64,000 nt of DNA from Octopus sinensis (lineage: Eukaryota), in NCBI RefSeq assembly GCF_006345805.1, contig NC_043013.1, positions 30,318,001 through 30,382,000 on the forward strand, read 5' to 3'. The position numbers and the translations under genes were made by a program. This document shows, in pieces, positions 27,000 through 40,022 of the stretch. Under the pieces are notes generated by a model. The model was not told the origin of the DNA. It did not search any database and saw nothing but the letters and a program-made list of their open reading frames with translations. Positions within the stretch are counted from its first letter, which is position 1. The number at the start of each line of letters is the position of its first letter.

Positions 27000-27885
27000 A
27001 TTCAAGCAACGCTAGCCCACCACCCGGTTACAATTCCCAAACTCCACCCATTCATTCACAATTTCAACGACGTTCGCCTCCACAGCGCTACGTATTAGCC
27101 TCAATATATACACCGGTGATTCGCTTTCACATCCGTGCGGATGGGTGAGAGTATACATTGAGTGAAGTGATGGGGCTCCCTTTACTATACACATTTGTAC
27201 CTGTGTGGTAGTCTCCATGTGTATATTCACGCACGGGTATAAATGCAGGGGGTACACGCACACGGCATGTGCGTGTACCCCCTCACATGTACATATGCAT
27301 GCTAGTTGGGCTCGATATGTGCAACGGTGTAATCGCGCCCGCATACATGCAGATGGGCGAATTGCACAATCAAAATACGCACACGTGTGTGTGTGCGTTC
27401 CTTGGTTGTGCAGTTCACCCATCTGGGTGTGAGTGGGTGTAAGCGTATTGATGTGGATGTCGAGCTTGATACGTATGTATATGAGTGTGTATTGGGGGGT
27501 TGTACGTATTTGTTGTGTGCATGTGCTTCACGCACGTGCGTCCATGTATGGATGAATATATTGGGATTGCTATGTGGGTGTAAATTGGGTATGGAGGGGG
27601 AGTTTTGTCATTGTATGGGTGTGGGTTTCATTATGATGGTGGTTTGTGGTGATTTTTGGTATGTTCTGTATATTTGGGTTAGTTATGTATTATTCTAGTG
27701 TGTATAATTGTATACATATATGATTGGTGTGAGTGGGATTACGCCCATTTTTGGGGATGTATGTGTTTATTTGTCCGTGTGGGGCGGGAGTGGCCGTTTG
27801 GTGTATATGTTGAGGCTCACATGCAATTACAGGTACGCGCGAATGAAGTGGGCACTTATATTTGTTATGGGTGTGTGTACTTTAT
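27000..27885. repeat. Imperfect inverted repeat (hairpin, apex ~27390) built from diverged copies of the upstream modules
   Basis: GATGGGCGAATTGCACAATC (27352-27371) pairs with GGTTGTGCAGTTCACCCATC (27404-27423). Segment 27765-27880 is the reverse complement of ~26200-26340. Confidence 0.7.
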
Positions 27886-28310
27886 TATAACAGACAATAC
27901 CCTAATAAAATCTGTCAATTCAACATACCAAATAAAAAACAAAAAACAAAGGGATCGTAAACATTCACACATACATACAAAACTCAATAAATACACCACT
28001 AAATAACACCCATCAACATATAAATATATCCTCCAAAATACATATAACAAATGCATAATAAAAATACATAATAAAATAAAATAAAAAAAAAAAATATATA
28101 AATAAAGAAAATAAAAAAATCTAATATAATTATTAAAGTTTTAACATACCATAAACTGTTATATTAATATACATTAAAAATGAACTAATTAAAACAAAGA
28201 AATATCAATAAAGACTAACTATAATTAAAGCCTAGACTACATAACCAAAAAAATAATTATCTAAACTAATTTAAACTAAACTAAAGTAACCTAATAGGGA
28301 ACTATTAATG

Positions 28311-28916
28311 CTATTTATCATGAAACTTATATATAGGTAAAGTAAATTATGTCTGCATTTTATTTGCGCTCTTCACCAGTATTAAGTAAATTATCATACT
28401 TATAAAAAAAATTTCTTTAAACTCATTAGAGCATAATAACAACAATTAGCTCCTATAGTATATGATTTAGTTTTACAAATTATTTCCCAAATTAAACTAT
28501 ATTAATATTTAGTGATTTAAGACTCCAATGTACTTACTAAGTCCGGTTGAGTTGATTAAGTTTTATTTTTAAAAGAATTCATATGTTGTGCGATTCTTAG
28601 TTTATTTTTGAGGAAGTAGAACCTATATAAACCGTTTGGGTAATTATTATTCTTAAAGTTATTATCATGTAATGTAACTATACATTTATACACTACATCG
28701 TTAATATCACAATTATTATTTAATATACAATTAGATTTATCTCTACATGTACAATAATATAAGTCTTATCATTATTAATATTATTATCAAATAATTTCTT
28801 TTTATTAAAATTATTCAGTTTATATTTATTAAATGAATAATAATGTTACCAATTATAGTGGTAGAATAACCAACTCCAAAATTATTAAAAGAGAAAATGT
28901 TTCTATATTTACGATT
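28311..28916 (-). pseudogene. 5'-truncated PLE ORF (linker plus GIY-YIG endonuclease), left-arm copy with frameshifts
   Basis: Inverted copy of 28920-29532. ORF 28815-29003 shows KYRNIFSFNNFGVGYSTT. Confidence 0.85.
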
Positions 28917-28919
28917 ATT

Positions 28920-29532
28920 AATCGTAAATATAGAAACATTTCTCTTTAATATTTTGGAGTTGGTTATTCTACCACTAATAATGTTGGTAACATTATTATT
29001 CATTTAATAATATAAACTGAATAATTTTAATAAAAAGAAATTATTTGATAATAATATTAATAATGATAAGACTTATTTAATTGTACATGTAGAGATAAAT
29101 CTAATTGTATATTAAATAATAATTGTGATATTAACGATGTAGTGTATAAATGTATAGTTACATTACATGATAATAACTTAAATAATAATAATACCCAAAA
29201 GCGGTTATATAGGTTCTACTTCCTCAAAAATAAAACTAAGAATCGCACAACATATGAATTCTTTTAAAAATAAAAACTTAATCAACTCAACCGGACTTAG
29301 TAGTACATTTGGAGTCTTAAATCACTAAATATTAATTATAGTTTAATTGGGAAATAATTTGTAAAACTAAATCATATACTATAGGAGCTAATTGTTGTTA
29401 TTTATGCTCTAATGAGTTTTAAAAGAAATTTTATTTTATAAGTATGATAATTTACTTAATACTGGTGAAGAGCGCAAAATAAAATGCAGACATAAGTTAC
29501 TTTACCTATATAATAAGTTTCATGATAATTAG
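28920..29532 (+). pseudogene. 5'-truncated PLE ORF (CxCx5Cx5C linker plus GIY-YIG endonuclease, probably Hydra/Neptune-type), right-arm copy with frameshifts
   Basis: Hand translation gives CTCRDKSNCILNNNCDINDVVYKCIVT...YIGSTSSKIKLRIAQHMNSFKNK...NSTGLSKYIWSLK...WEIICKTKSYTIGANCCYLCSNE...DNLLNTGEERKIKCRHK, with stop TAG at 29530-29532. Confidence 0.85.
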
Positions 29533-29843
29533 CATTAATAGTTCCCTATTAGGTTACTTTAGTTTAGTTTAAATTAGTTTAGATAATTATATTTTTTGGT
29601 TATGTAGTCTAGGCTTTAATTATAGTTAGTCTTTATTGATATTTCTTTGTTTTAATTAGTTCATTTTTAATGTATGTTAATATAACAGTTTAATATACTG
29701 TATTGATTAAGTCTTTCCTTGTTTGTTTTGCAAAATAGTGGTTTTGTCTCTAATAATATTTTATAATATTTTACTATAAAATTGGATTTAATCCTAAATC
29801 TGATTTTTTCCCTGTAAATTTGGATTTATTCCCTAATATTTAT

Positions 29844-29914
<71 letters not shown>

Positions 29915-31490
29915 TGTATGTCTGTATGTGTGAGTGTGTGTGTATGTATATGTGTGTTAAATATATAGTCACCGCTCCACACATATATAGTTATTTAACG
30001 CAATATCCTGAAAAATAAATATTTAACTACTTCAATCACGCAACATTGAAACTTTATGCTGACCAGTAATTTAAGATATTATCATATTTCTAAGCGATCT
30101 CCAGAAATATCTAAGAACGTGTCGTTAATGTTGTCAGTAAGCTGGTTATGAAAAGATCTGTTACAAGACTTATGCGAATACTAGCTCTTTCTGATGTGCA
30201 ATTAAACATTTTGCGGTACCACAACGGTAAGTTGTTTTCTATTCGATCTATGCGACAAAATGCTGAGCGGCATATATTCCGACATTATGTTCAACGTGCA
30301 ATTCCTCTTTTCAAATTCGACAAATTAAGTATCAGTGGAGCACTTGCGTTCATGTACTAGGATAGACCTGTACTCCAGCTTTGTAAGTGGATTTGGCATA
30401 CGGAATGTAAAATGAGCCCGTGGAATATATCTTATACATAAATGGCAATTTCTGTCTGTGATTTTCTCTGTTACCATCTTGCTGTCTACACTAATGAAGC
30501 AATCTTGACGAAACTTTGCATACATGTTAAACTAAGAACTAGTTCAATTATAGGATAACTTGTTTTAAATAAAAATCTATAATGGGCCCCCTACGGGGTT
30601 GGGATATGATTTGATGAACAAAGAAGCAAGAGTGTTAGCGTGAGGGAAATGCGGTGGCATAGAGCATGTGGCTGACATTAGTGGAGGGAAGAACAGTGTT
30701 GTGTGAGCGACAAATATGGAGTGACAGTGGTTGGTAATATTAATACAGCTGTCATTTACACGTAACGCTCATACATACTTTCGTAAATACATAGATACAT
30801 GCAAACATATACATATACACACACATATGCACATACATATTACTAAATTTTAAAACTCCGGGGAAGGGAAGAAATGTGGGTGTGAGGAATCCATAGCTTT
30901 AAGGAGAGCGGGTAAGTGACTTTTCTGGTGTCCATCTCAAAGAAACACTCACAGACACACATATATACATACGTATATATATACATAACACAGAGATACA
31001 TACGTACATACACACATACATATGTCTACTATACCTCATTGTTATATATATAGGCATATATATATATGCATGTATATATACATATATCTATGCATGTATA
31101 TGTATATTTATGTACACACACACGCACACACACATATAGACATACATATGTGTGTCTCTTTGCTTGCGTATGTCGCTCCACCGCTTGGCAACTGTTACCG
31201 GTTTTTTATGTCCCCGTAAAGTGCGATTTGGCAGACGCGATCGTCGGCAAAACGGCCGACTAAGTACTTCGGACAATTTATTTGACTAAAACCCTCCAAC
31301 GGGTATTCAAGGGAGAGTAAAATTTCAAGGGAGCTTGAAGCACTTCTAAATATATATATATATATATATATTATTCATCATCAAATTCTTCAAATATTCA
31401 GTATTCATATAATAATACTATATTACATCCGTTCAGTCAATAGATCAAATCTTTTAAAAAGCTTTACCTAATATCGATTTTAAATTTTGT

Positions 31491-31684
31491 CCGAAGGCCA
31501 GCAATTCCAAGGGAGGGACTAAATCGATGAAATCGTCCACCGTGCTCAACGTCTACTTATTTCATCAATCAGGAAAGGATGAAGAGTCCCTTTCAGAGGA
31601 ATTTGAACCCAGAACATAAAGATGGACGAAATACCACTAATCATTTTGTTCAGATTGCCAATGGTTCTACCAGCTCACTGCCTT
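31491..31684 (-). mobile_element. Old Deu/Nin-type SINE
   Basis: GAAAGGATGAA...GGAATTTGAACCCAGAAC...CAGCTCACTGCCTT. Confidence 0.6.
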
Positions 31685-34600
31685 AAAGCTTTATCCAAAT
31701 CAGCGATGCACTTTACATTCGCATTCTTGATGAAGCTTGGTTCAAGTTTTATGCAATATTTTTGACACATTTCTATGTTTACAAAAATAGCTGTAGACAA
31801 AGGTATATAAATGTAGTAAATGTTATTTTGTTTCAAATGTTACAGAACAAAAATCGTATATATATGTTATTACATACTTGTATTATATACCTTATATACC
31901 ATTTATATTTAAAACGAACACACTGAACTCTATGGACCTTTTATTTGAAACTTAATTTCAGTACAAAAACATAGTCTCAGTCCTTTTTTATCAGTCCTCT
32001 TTTTCTCTCACCTCCTTACGCAAAAAATTCTGATATATTTTTTAAAATATTCATATGTGTCCATATATATTGATATATGTATACGTATTTTAAGTCGAAT
32101 TAATAAATGTATGAGTATGATTGCCTAATTTGAGTTTATATATGAATTCTTACATATATATATATATATATATATATGTATAAGATATTTCAAAACATAT
32201 TTTATGTTTTGATAAAATGTTTAGTGTATATTACAATATACATTGAATCCTGGTTTCTAAATCCTTGAATAACAATTCTTAACATTTGACGACAGCAATG
32301 TCTGATGTAGTGATTTCTAATGCTTTTGTTGAAAATTATAAAGCTACGTTGAAAGTGAATGGATATTTCGCTTATAATAGAAAGTGGCTCTCGGACATGG
32401 ACAGACTATTACACATCGATTGGAGCTTTTAAGCTTACCACAATATCTGTGTTTCTACTTGGCTAAATATGAATGAATGGAAAAAGATACACTGGCTATG
32501 AAATTCACCTCAAAATCACAAGCATAAGTAACAATAACCACAATAAGAGCCGCAACAACAAAATGTACGACGCTAAATTGAAGGAGATTAATCTGTCAGG
32601 AATCTTCACTGTCAGGAAATGATTATGTGAAATTATCACCCACTCTTTTACCTCTATTATAAATAATTATTTCAATAAGGTGCAGAACGCCTTGTCATTT
32701 GTTGTACGCGCGTAGTAGGCAGATGGCGCTTCTCGGTTTAACACCACCAACTGACACTTAGTTGCCTTTAATGGAGCTTACTTTGACACAACCGTCGGAA
32801 ACAATGTTCCGATTTGAGGATTTTGTTACCGAGTCACGCACCATTCTCATCTACGCTTACCGCAAACCAACAGAATATGCTAAAATTCCCTCCTGAGTAA
32901 TTGTCCTGCCTCTTTTCAAATATCTGAATGCTCTTCAAATTTAATTCCACACATCCCTACATATTCTCCTGCAACCCACATATTGTATTTCTCATTTCGA
33001 AAGAAATTAAAAAAAAAGATTCTGTAACACTTATACACAGATCCGCACAGACACACACACAAATACACACACACACATACACACACACACACACACACAC
33101 AACACACACACACACATACACACACACACATATACACACACACATATGTATTACTGTGACAAGATTGGGCTTGAACATAGTTTTCATCTCCTAAATTCCA
33201 TCTACTTAACTCAAGATTATTAAAAGTTGTATATGTTGATGCCTAGCTGCAGAAAGACCCAAAGCACTGTAACTGTAATACGTATAAAAATTCATGTTTA
33301 TGTTATAGAGAACTCATTATTCAGCACAATAATATTGCATTCTGCAACGTAAGTTATAATTTTTTCCCGAACAAATACAGCAAGAAAATATTCTCCAAAC
33401 CAAGTGGAATTAGGACGCCATTATTCTAAATGCTTTGGTGTATCACTTTGTTTTCCATTGGGTTTATCAACAAAGTAAAATATGAAATAGTTTACTTGCA
33501 CTATCAATAAGTTGCAGGTGGCGTTCTTACAAGTATTCTCAATGGATTAATATAAATACAGATTTAATCTTGAGGATTTGATAAAGTAAATATTGTTAAA
33601 AATGCAAGTTTCAAAGGATATATTTACACATCGATTTATCTTAAGTAAAATGACATATATTCTTCAGAAATATATTATAAAATCGTACGGAAGTATATTA
33701 TGATTATCGAAGTAAAACTATAAAAAATAATTATCCGATATAAATATATCAATATATAATCATAATATTATTTCTATATCTTCCTGCAAATTAAATACAA
33801 ATGAATGTGAGGAAAAAAATGCGGAGAGATAGAATTATTTCAACCATAAAGCCGAACGTACTCTGTTATATTCAGCTACATTTTATTATTTTGCATATAT
33901 CTGTAACGATTTTCTGTTTGTCATGCAATTCATTTTACGCTTCCCCAAAATACTTAACTCTGGAACAAAATCGAAAAACGAAGCTAGTTCATTGATATTA
34001 TGAAACAATATTGTGAAGATCGAAAAGTTTATGCACAAATGAAAACAAATTATGAAACAGAATTATCACGGGTCTCTCTAGTATTATATATTATGGAATA
34101 TCAAAGTTTTTTTTCTAGTCATCTGTCATTAATTTACATGTCTACACTTTTAACTTCTTTTCTCATCAGAATACTAATTTAATATTCTATAAATCATTGT
34201 ATATTAGCAGTTGCTTCATTATGTTGTATATTGGATAAAAGTAATTATCAAACAAAATATTGTGGATGAAATACAGACCCACTTTATTTAGCAGTCATTT
34301 GTACAAATTCACGATTAAGGAGAAAGGAAAGAGAGACTAGATCATGCAGAATGGATCTTGACTAACATATAAGGTAACTAAATTCCCAAGTAATATCGAT
34401 TTAGTTGAGAGGAACTACAGTTGGAATCATGAGAATGAATTATATTTTCATTTCCGACCTCAACACTCTAAGCAATAAATCAAAATGTTAGCATTGCAAG
34501 GAATATAAGAACAATGTTAGCAAAATAAAACTATATTATCTGCAGAAACTATGAATTATCAGTATAGAAATATAATGCATATGAATAATAATTTATATAT

Positions 34601-35885
34601 TATAAGTACGAGAACTTCGTTTAACCTATTCAGATCTGCCCTGTCATAAAAACGTATTTGAGAAACATAAATTCAAAATGTTAGCAAGAGCTTGATGCAT
34701 TGGTTGAAATGTACAATGTTCCTTGATATATCTGCGTTCATAAATATTTTCCTGAAGGGGAAAATCTCCAAGAAATTTAACCTGATGTCAATTCGTAATT
34801 GATGGAAACAAATATTTATATGAGAAATAAATATTAAACTAAACTTGTAACCAGACCTTATTTGTGGCGAGTAATTCTTCCGAAAAAAATCTATATTTGT
34901 CACAGGTACTACAATATTTAACGACTATGTCTTCCGTATAACAATAAATATATTGTGTTTTATCAATTTGTGAATATTGAAACATGTATTATAGTCCAGA
35001 ATAGCAGTGGAACATGTTTCTCATATGATCATTTTAAAGGTGAAATGCTGCTGTATGGCAGACACTATAGCTACATACGGTCCTTGATTTGTACATATTA
35101 TGCAGTACTCTCAGGTATATCTCACCGTAACACTGTGAAAGATTTTTCGGTATTTGCAGAAGTGGTAGCGGCGGGAAAGCTAATGCATTTTCTTGGCTTT
35201 TAAACAACGATCAGTTTTTGTTATACCTTGCTGTGTTGAAGGTTTTCTGTTCGCTCGGAAAAATCTTAAGTAAATTTATGAAGCATTTGTAGTCTTCTTG
35301 GCAATTCTAGTTCTTTATGGTGTTTATATTTTAGTGCTTAAAATACACAATATTGTTTTATACATATGTGTAGTGACTGATTTTTGCTATTGGCAGAATG
35401 AAGATTGATATGATTCCAATTTTGAATGGTCTTGATGTTACTGCCTATGGTGACAGTGCATGCTTCATGTGAAGCATGGAAGTTGTAGAAGTATAGCGCT
35501 CAGGAGAACAAAGAATATCAGTTATCATTTCAGAAATGACGATTATGTAGATTAGAGCAGGTAAAGGTTTTGATGTATAAGAAATTTTGATTCGTTACAC
35601 TGCCGTTCATTCTAATTATACACCGACTTGAGTCCCGCCTGGAGTTTTAAGCAATTGGTCAAATAATTGTAGATGCAGGGAGTAGCTCCTGATTTCAGAA
35701 ATTGTGCGTATGTTAGAAATAGTTATTTGTTACATATCTATCGATTCAAATAGTCATTCAATTTTGGTTGCATTACAATCGTTTAAATACTGGCTGTCAA
35801 TAGATTACAGTCCGCTATCTAATTCAATTGAGGTGAGGAAAATAATTATTTATATAAAAACGTTAATGTTTAGATTATATTTCAG

Positions 35886-36053
35886 CTATTTCTCTGTACC
35901 TGGAACCAAGAATGATATATTTTCCAAAGCACACAATGTGATATCCAAAGCTTTTAATGGCTATAATGAGCTACTAGCATGCTACATTCTGTCAGCTTGG
36001 GAGCGGCGGATATCAGTGTCGTATACGATGAGAAATGAATTCGCCGCTGTGAA
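35886..36053 (+). CDS. Candidate internal coding exon (168 bp), product unknown
   Basis: Acceptor TATATTTCAG| and donor |GTATGT. One open frame reads YFSVPGTKNDIFSKAHNVISKAFNGYNELLACYILSAWERRISVSYTMRNEFAAV; the other two frames are closed. No partner exons identified. Confidence 0.3.
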
Positions 36054-36620
36054 GTATGTATCAAGAGATTCTAAAATGCTTATTGTAGTGATATCCTATA
36101 TACACTTACCTACATTCTCAAAACGACAATTGCAAACATTGTTGGAAGACGATTTCTCTGATATATGCTGTAAATTGACGTAGAGTTAGTTAACACATTT
36201 ATGTTTGCTTAAAGAGAGAAAAATGTTAGCGAAAACAACGTACAAATTACAATTCAAAAGGATGATAAAAATTCAACGTTGCTTCTGCCTAGAGTTTCCC
36301 CGCAATAATGTAATACTGATTTCAGTAGTAGCTTCAGGATAATATCGAGGCAGTGTTTCAAACCTACTTGAATCAATTTTACTTTACCTCTGCTATAAAT
36401 GTTTTGGAAATGTAATGATGGATATCTCAAGCAATATGATAGATGTAATTGGAAAACGAAGTCTCCAACATTAAAAGCAATGACGATACTGTAACTTTAG
36501 GAGATATATTTCCGTTTTTCCATTCTGGATATAGCGTTTGATATCTATGGATAGTTAATATCTTTTAGATTAAGTTTATCCAAAATTATCAGAACGAATT
36601 CAAGCCTGCAGTGATAACAT

Positions 36621-36834
36621 TCTTTTCTACTCTAGGCACAAAACCGAAATTTTGGGGGACGGGGCCAGTCGAGTAGATCGACACCACTACGCAACTGGTA
36701 CTTAATTTATCGTCCCCGAAAGGATGAAAAGCAAAGTCGACAGCGGTGGAATTTGAACTCAGAACGTAACGGCTGAAGAAATACAGCTAAGCATTTCGCC
36801 CAGCGTATTAAAGTTTTTGCCAGCTCGCCGCCTT
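36621..36834 (-). mobile_element. Full-length Deu/Nin-type SINE
   Basis: Complete head, core and tail. Decayed TSD TGCAGTGATAACAT / TGCAGTTATAGCAT. Confidence 0.85.
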
Positions 36835-37344
36835 GCAGTTATAGCATATTGGCTGCAATTGCGATACCTAATCAACAGAATAAATTAACTACATGATATA
36901 TTGTTTAATATATTTTTCTCGTTTCAAAACTGTAAATAATTTACAACATTATAGGAAATGAGGGAAAATAAAATGCGTTACATATCTTCCGATCTGAAAT
37001 ATATTGTTACCAAATTGAAGTCATGACACTTATTCCTCATTCGATTGGAAATTGGAATTATTTCTAGATTTCCAGTAGGATCATTACTCTTCTATAAAAT
37101 TACTAATTAGTTAGGTAAGTTGGAATGTTACTTTTACACGTAACACTCAAATCATCGTGCAGCCGTATTTGATGTATAAAGTATTCCAATGGTTTGAAAT
37201 GAATATTCTATATTATAATTGAAATATTACATGATTTAAAAGAAATGAAACTTACTTACGGCTATTCACTTACAGAATATATGTTGACGAGACATCCAGA
37301 CGTTTGTAACGGTACAAAGATACAAATGATAATTATTTGATTAA

Positions 37345-37345
37345 T

Positions 37346-37421
<76 letters not shown>

Positions 37422-37538
37422 TACATATATACATATATGTATATATATATACATATATATATATAAACATACATATGTATATATAAATATATATATATAC
37501 ATATATATACTCGCACACACACATACGCGTATATATTC

Positions 37539-37589
<51 letters not shown>

Positions 37590-37590
37590 C
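37345..37590. repeat. (TA)n/(TACA)n microsatellite
   Basis: Directly visible. Confidence 0.95.
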
Positions 37591-38789
37591 TGTGTATGTG
37601 TGAAACGATAGGCATTGAGATTTATAATGTGACTGGAGGACCACTGAGATTTCAAATGGCATGACTTCTAGGCTACGTAAGGTGGCATCTAAGCGAGTTG
37701 TTACCAATGTATTATAATTCACTCTATGTCCGACGACGGAAAAATCATTATATCCCACTCGCTGTGGACTTGAATAGCGTTATATCCATTATCCTACTTT
37801 CTGAGACATGAGACGTTTTGTTAACTTAATAGGTTTCTTGTAATTAAACTTCTTGTGACAAGACAAATTTAGTAAGTGACACCTAGCATAGCGTTAGTTA
37901 ACACATTTATGTTTGCTTAAAGAGACAACAGAATAAATGTTCAAGAGCTGGATACAGCCTAAAGCATTTCTTCAAATTTTCCCTGAACCGTAACAGCGGT
38001 CCTCTAGTTCGCTTCTTTACATTATATAAACGTGCGCGCTTTTGTATGCGTGTTTGTGTGCGCTTGCTTTCTTGTATATGCCCATGAGTATGCATAAATA
38101 TATGTACGCATATGCGTATGCATAAATATATATTAGTATATATATTTATTCTATACAACATATTAAGTATACGTATGAAATTTAAACAAACCTCGTAAAT
38201 TTAATATCACATATTGTATTTCTTTCTATAACTGAATACGTTTTCTTCTCTTAGAAAATGGTATCACACGAAACGTGTGAATCGCTTCTGTTTATTCTAT
38301 CGGCGTATTTATCGTCAATGTAAAATTCTCTGATTCTGCTTTTTTAAGTATATATTTTTAGTTTCTGCAGTTAACTGCTTTTGTTCTAACAACTTTATTG
38401 TTTTTTCATTTTTATTCACAATATTACTATCCAGTTGCTTACATACATATATATCTGCCTTTCGTAAATATTGTGGACTTCATATTTAATATAATGTATT
38501 GTCTCAATAGCTCACGAGCGGATATCTTAAGGGCTTTCTAAATATATTTCGATTTACAGATATATACTGTTGGTATATAGTGTAACATTTTCTGGTAATT
38601 TGCTTCAGATTTTTATCAATAATAAGACGTGTTCTATAGTATCAAAAATAATAACACAGAGTCCCTAATCAATTTGAAGGTAATTTTCCATTGTGTTTGA
38701 TAGAAATGTGAAATAAATTACCAGAAAACGTTACACGATAGAACTACACAGATCTAATTGAACTACGGTAAAGAGTATATATAGATAGA

Positions 38790-38839
<50 letters not shown>

Positions 38840-39866
38840 CAGGGTAATAAAGATTTTAAAAATTTTCACTACCTGTGGCTTAGAGTGTAGAAAAATTAGT
38901 CAATAGACTATATATTATTCATATAAATACAGTGTACATTTGAACACATAACAGGTATCCGTCTTAGGATTCCTTGCACGCCAGAAGGAAGAGCTAAAGT
39001 CCAAACCACTACATGGGTTAAACCTCGAAGGAAATGAAAAATAAATATAGGTAGTAAAATTTCTTAAATCTTTATTTCCCTGATACTATTAATTATTGAT
39101 ATATATATAACCGGTCTTAGACAAAGAAATTATGTTCACGTTAAATATCCGTAAATCGAAATATATTTAGAAAGGCTTGCACTCGTTTTCTTTATGAACA
39201 TTTCAATATTAATATGTATAGGGCAGACATGATTTTAGGATGGCATTTAAATAATCGTTTCGGAGTTCACTTCTTAGAGGGTGCTCTACTCATGCGAAAT
39301 CAGAAATTTTAAATCAGTTCTTATTCATTCAGAACTATTTCCCGCTTACTCCAATTTCTATTTTCGTACATCATGCTTGAGGTGGGTTTTATCATTTTAT
39401 AAAACTTTATAGAAGTTTCTTGAAGAAAATTCTTTTATTTCGTGCAGATCTATATCCAAGTGAATGCATGAAATGAATGAATTTCTAGAAGTATGCCATG
39501 TGGATACCGAAACAAATTATACTTATGCCTAATCAACGCTACAAGATATTTTGGTTCGTTCAAAGCGTGTTCTACATAGAGAAATCTCTTATTTTAGTAT
39601 GGCTATCTTCATTGTATGCACAAATGAAAAAAAAAATGATTGTTTTAAAAGAAAATTGGAGGAGAAAACAATTACAAAAAAAAATGTGAATCTTTGATTT
39701 CCTTGAAGCCAAATCTACTGAATCATATAGTAATTGCGTAGAAGGAAAAAAGAAAGGACAAAATATCCGCCGCATCAGTGAAGAAATATGTGTACTGTAG
39801 TCCAGAAATAAAACAGCAAGAAGTAGAGAAACATGGATGTCGATGCATACACACACACACACACAT

Positions 39867-39909
<43 letters not shown>

Positions 39910-39954
39910 TGTATATACATGCATCGACACCCATGTTTCGATACACACACACAC

Positions 39955-39985
<31 letters not shown>

Positions 39986-40022
39986 CAGACATACATACAG
40001 ACAGACAGAGATTGAGAGACAC

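Larger units (their letters stand above)
28152..29692. repeat. Spacer-less fold-back palindrome, arms ~766 and ~774 bp, centre 28918
   Basis: The centre reads TTTACGATTA-T-TAATCGTAAA. The arms match along their length apart from scattered single-base indels and rare substitutions. Confidence 0.95.
24647..29846. mobile_element. Composite Penelope-like element insertion with terminal inverted repeats, in a (TA)n microsatellite
   Basis: Perfect 67-bp inverted repeats at 24647-24713 and 29699-29765, a hammerhead motif, a GIY-YIG EN in an inverted duplication, and (TA)n on both flanks. Confidence 0.85.

Noticed and set aside
28152-29692. Missed-adapter long-read chimera as the sole explanation of the palindrome
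   Set aside because: There is no adapter sequence at the centre, and the arms exit into different, element-consistent sequence ending in matching termini. Judged less likely but not excluded without reads.
24790-29700. Mitochondrial insertion (NUMT), suggested by the strong skew and AT richness
   Set aside because: No mitochondrial genes, tRNAs or rRNA motifs are recognisable. The coding part is a PLE GIY-YIG domain and a hammerhead is present.
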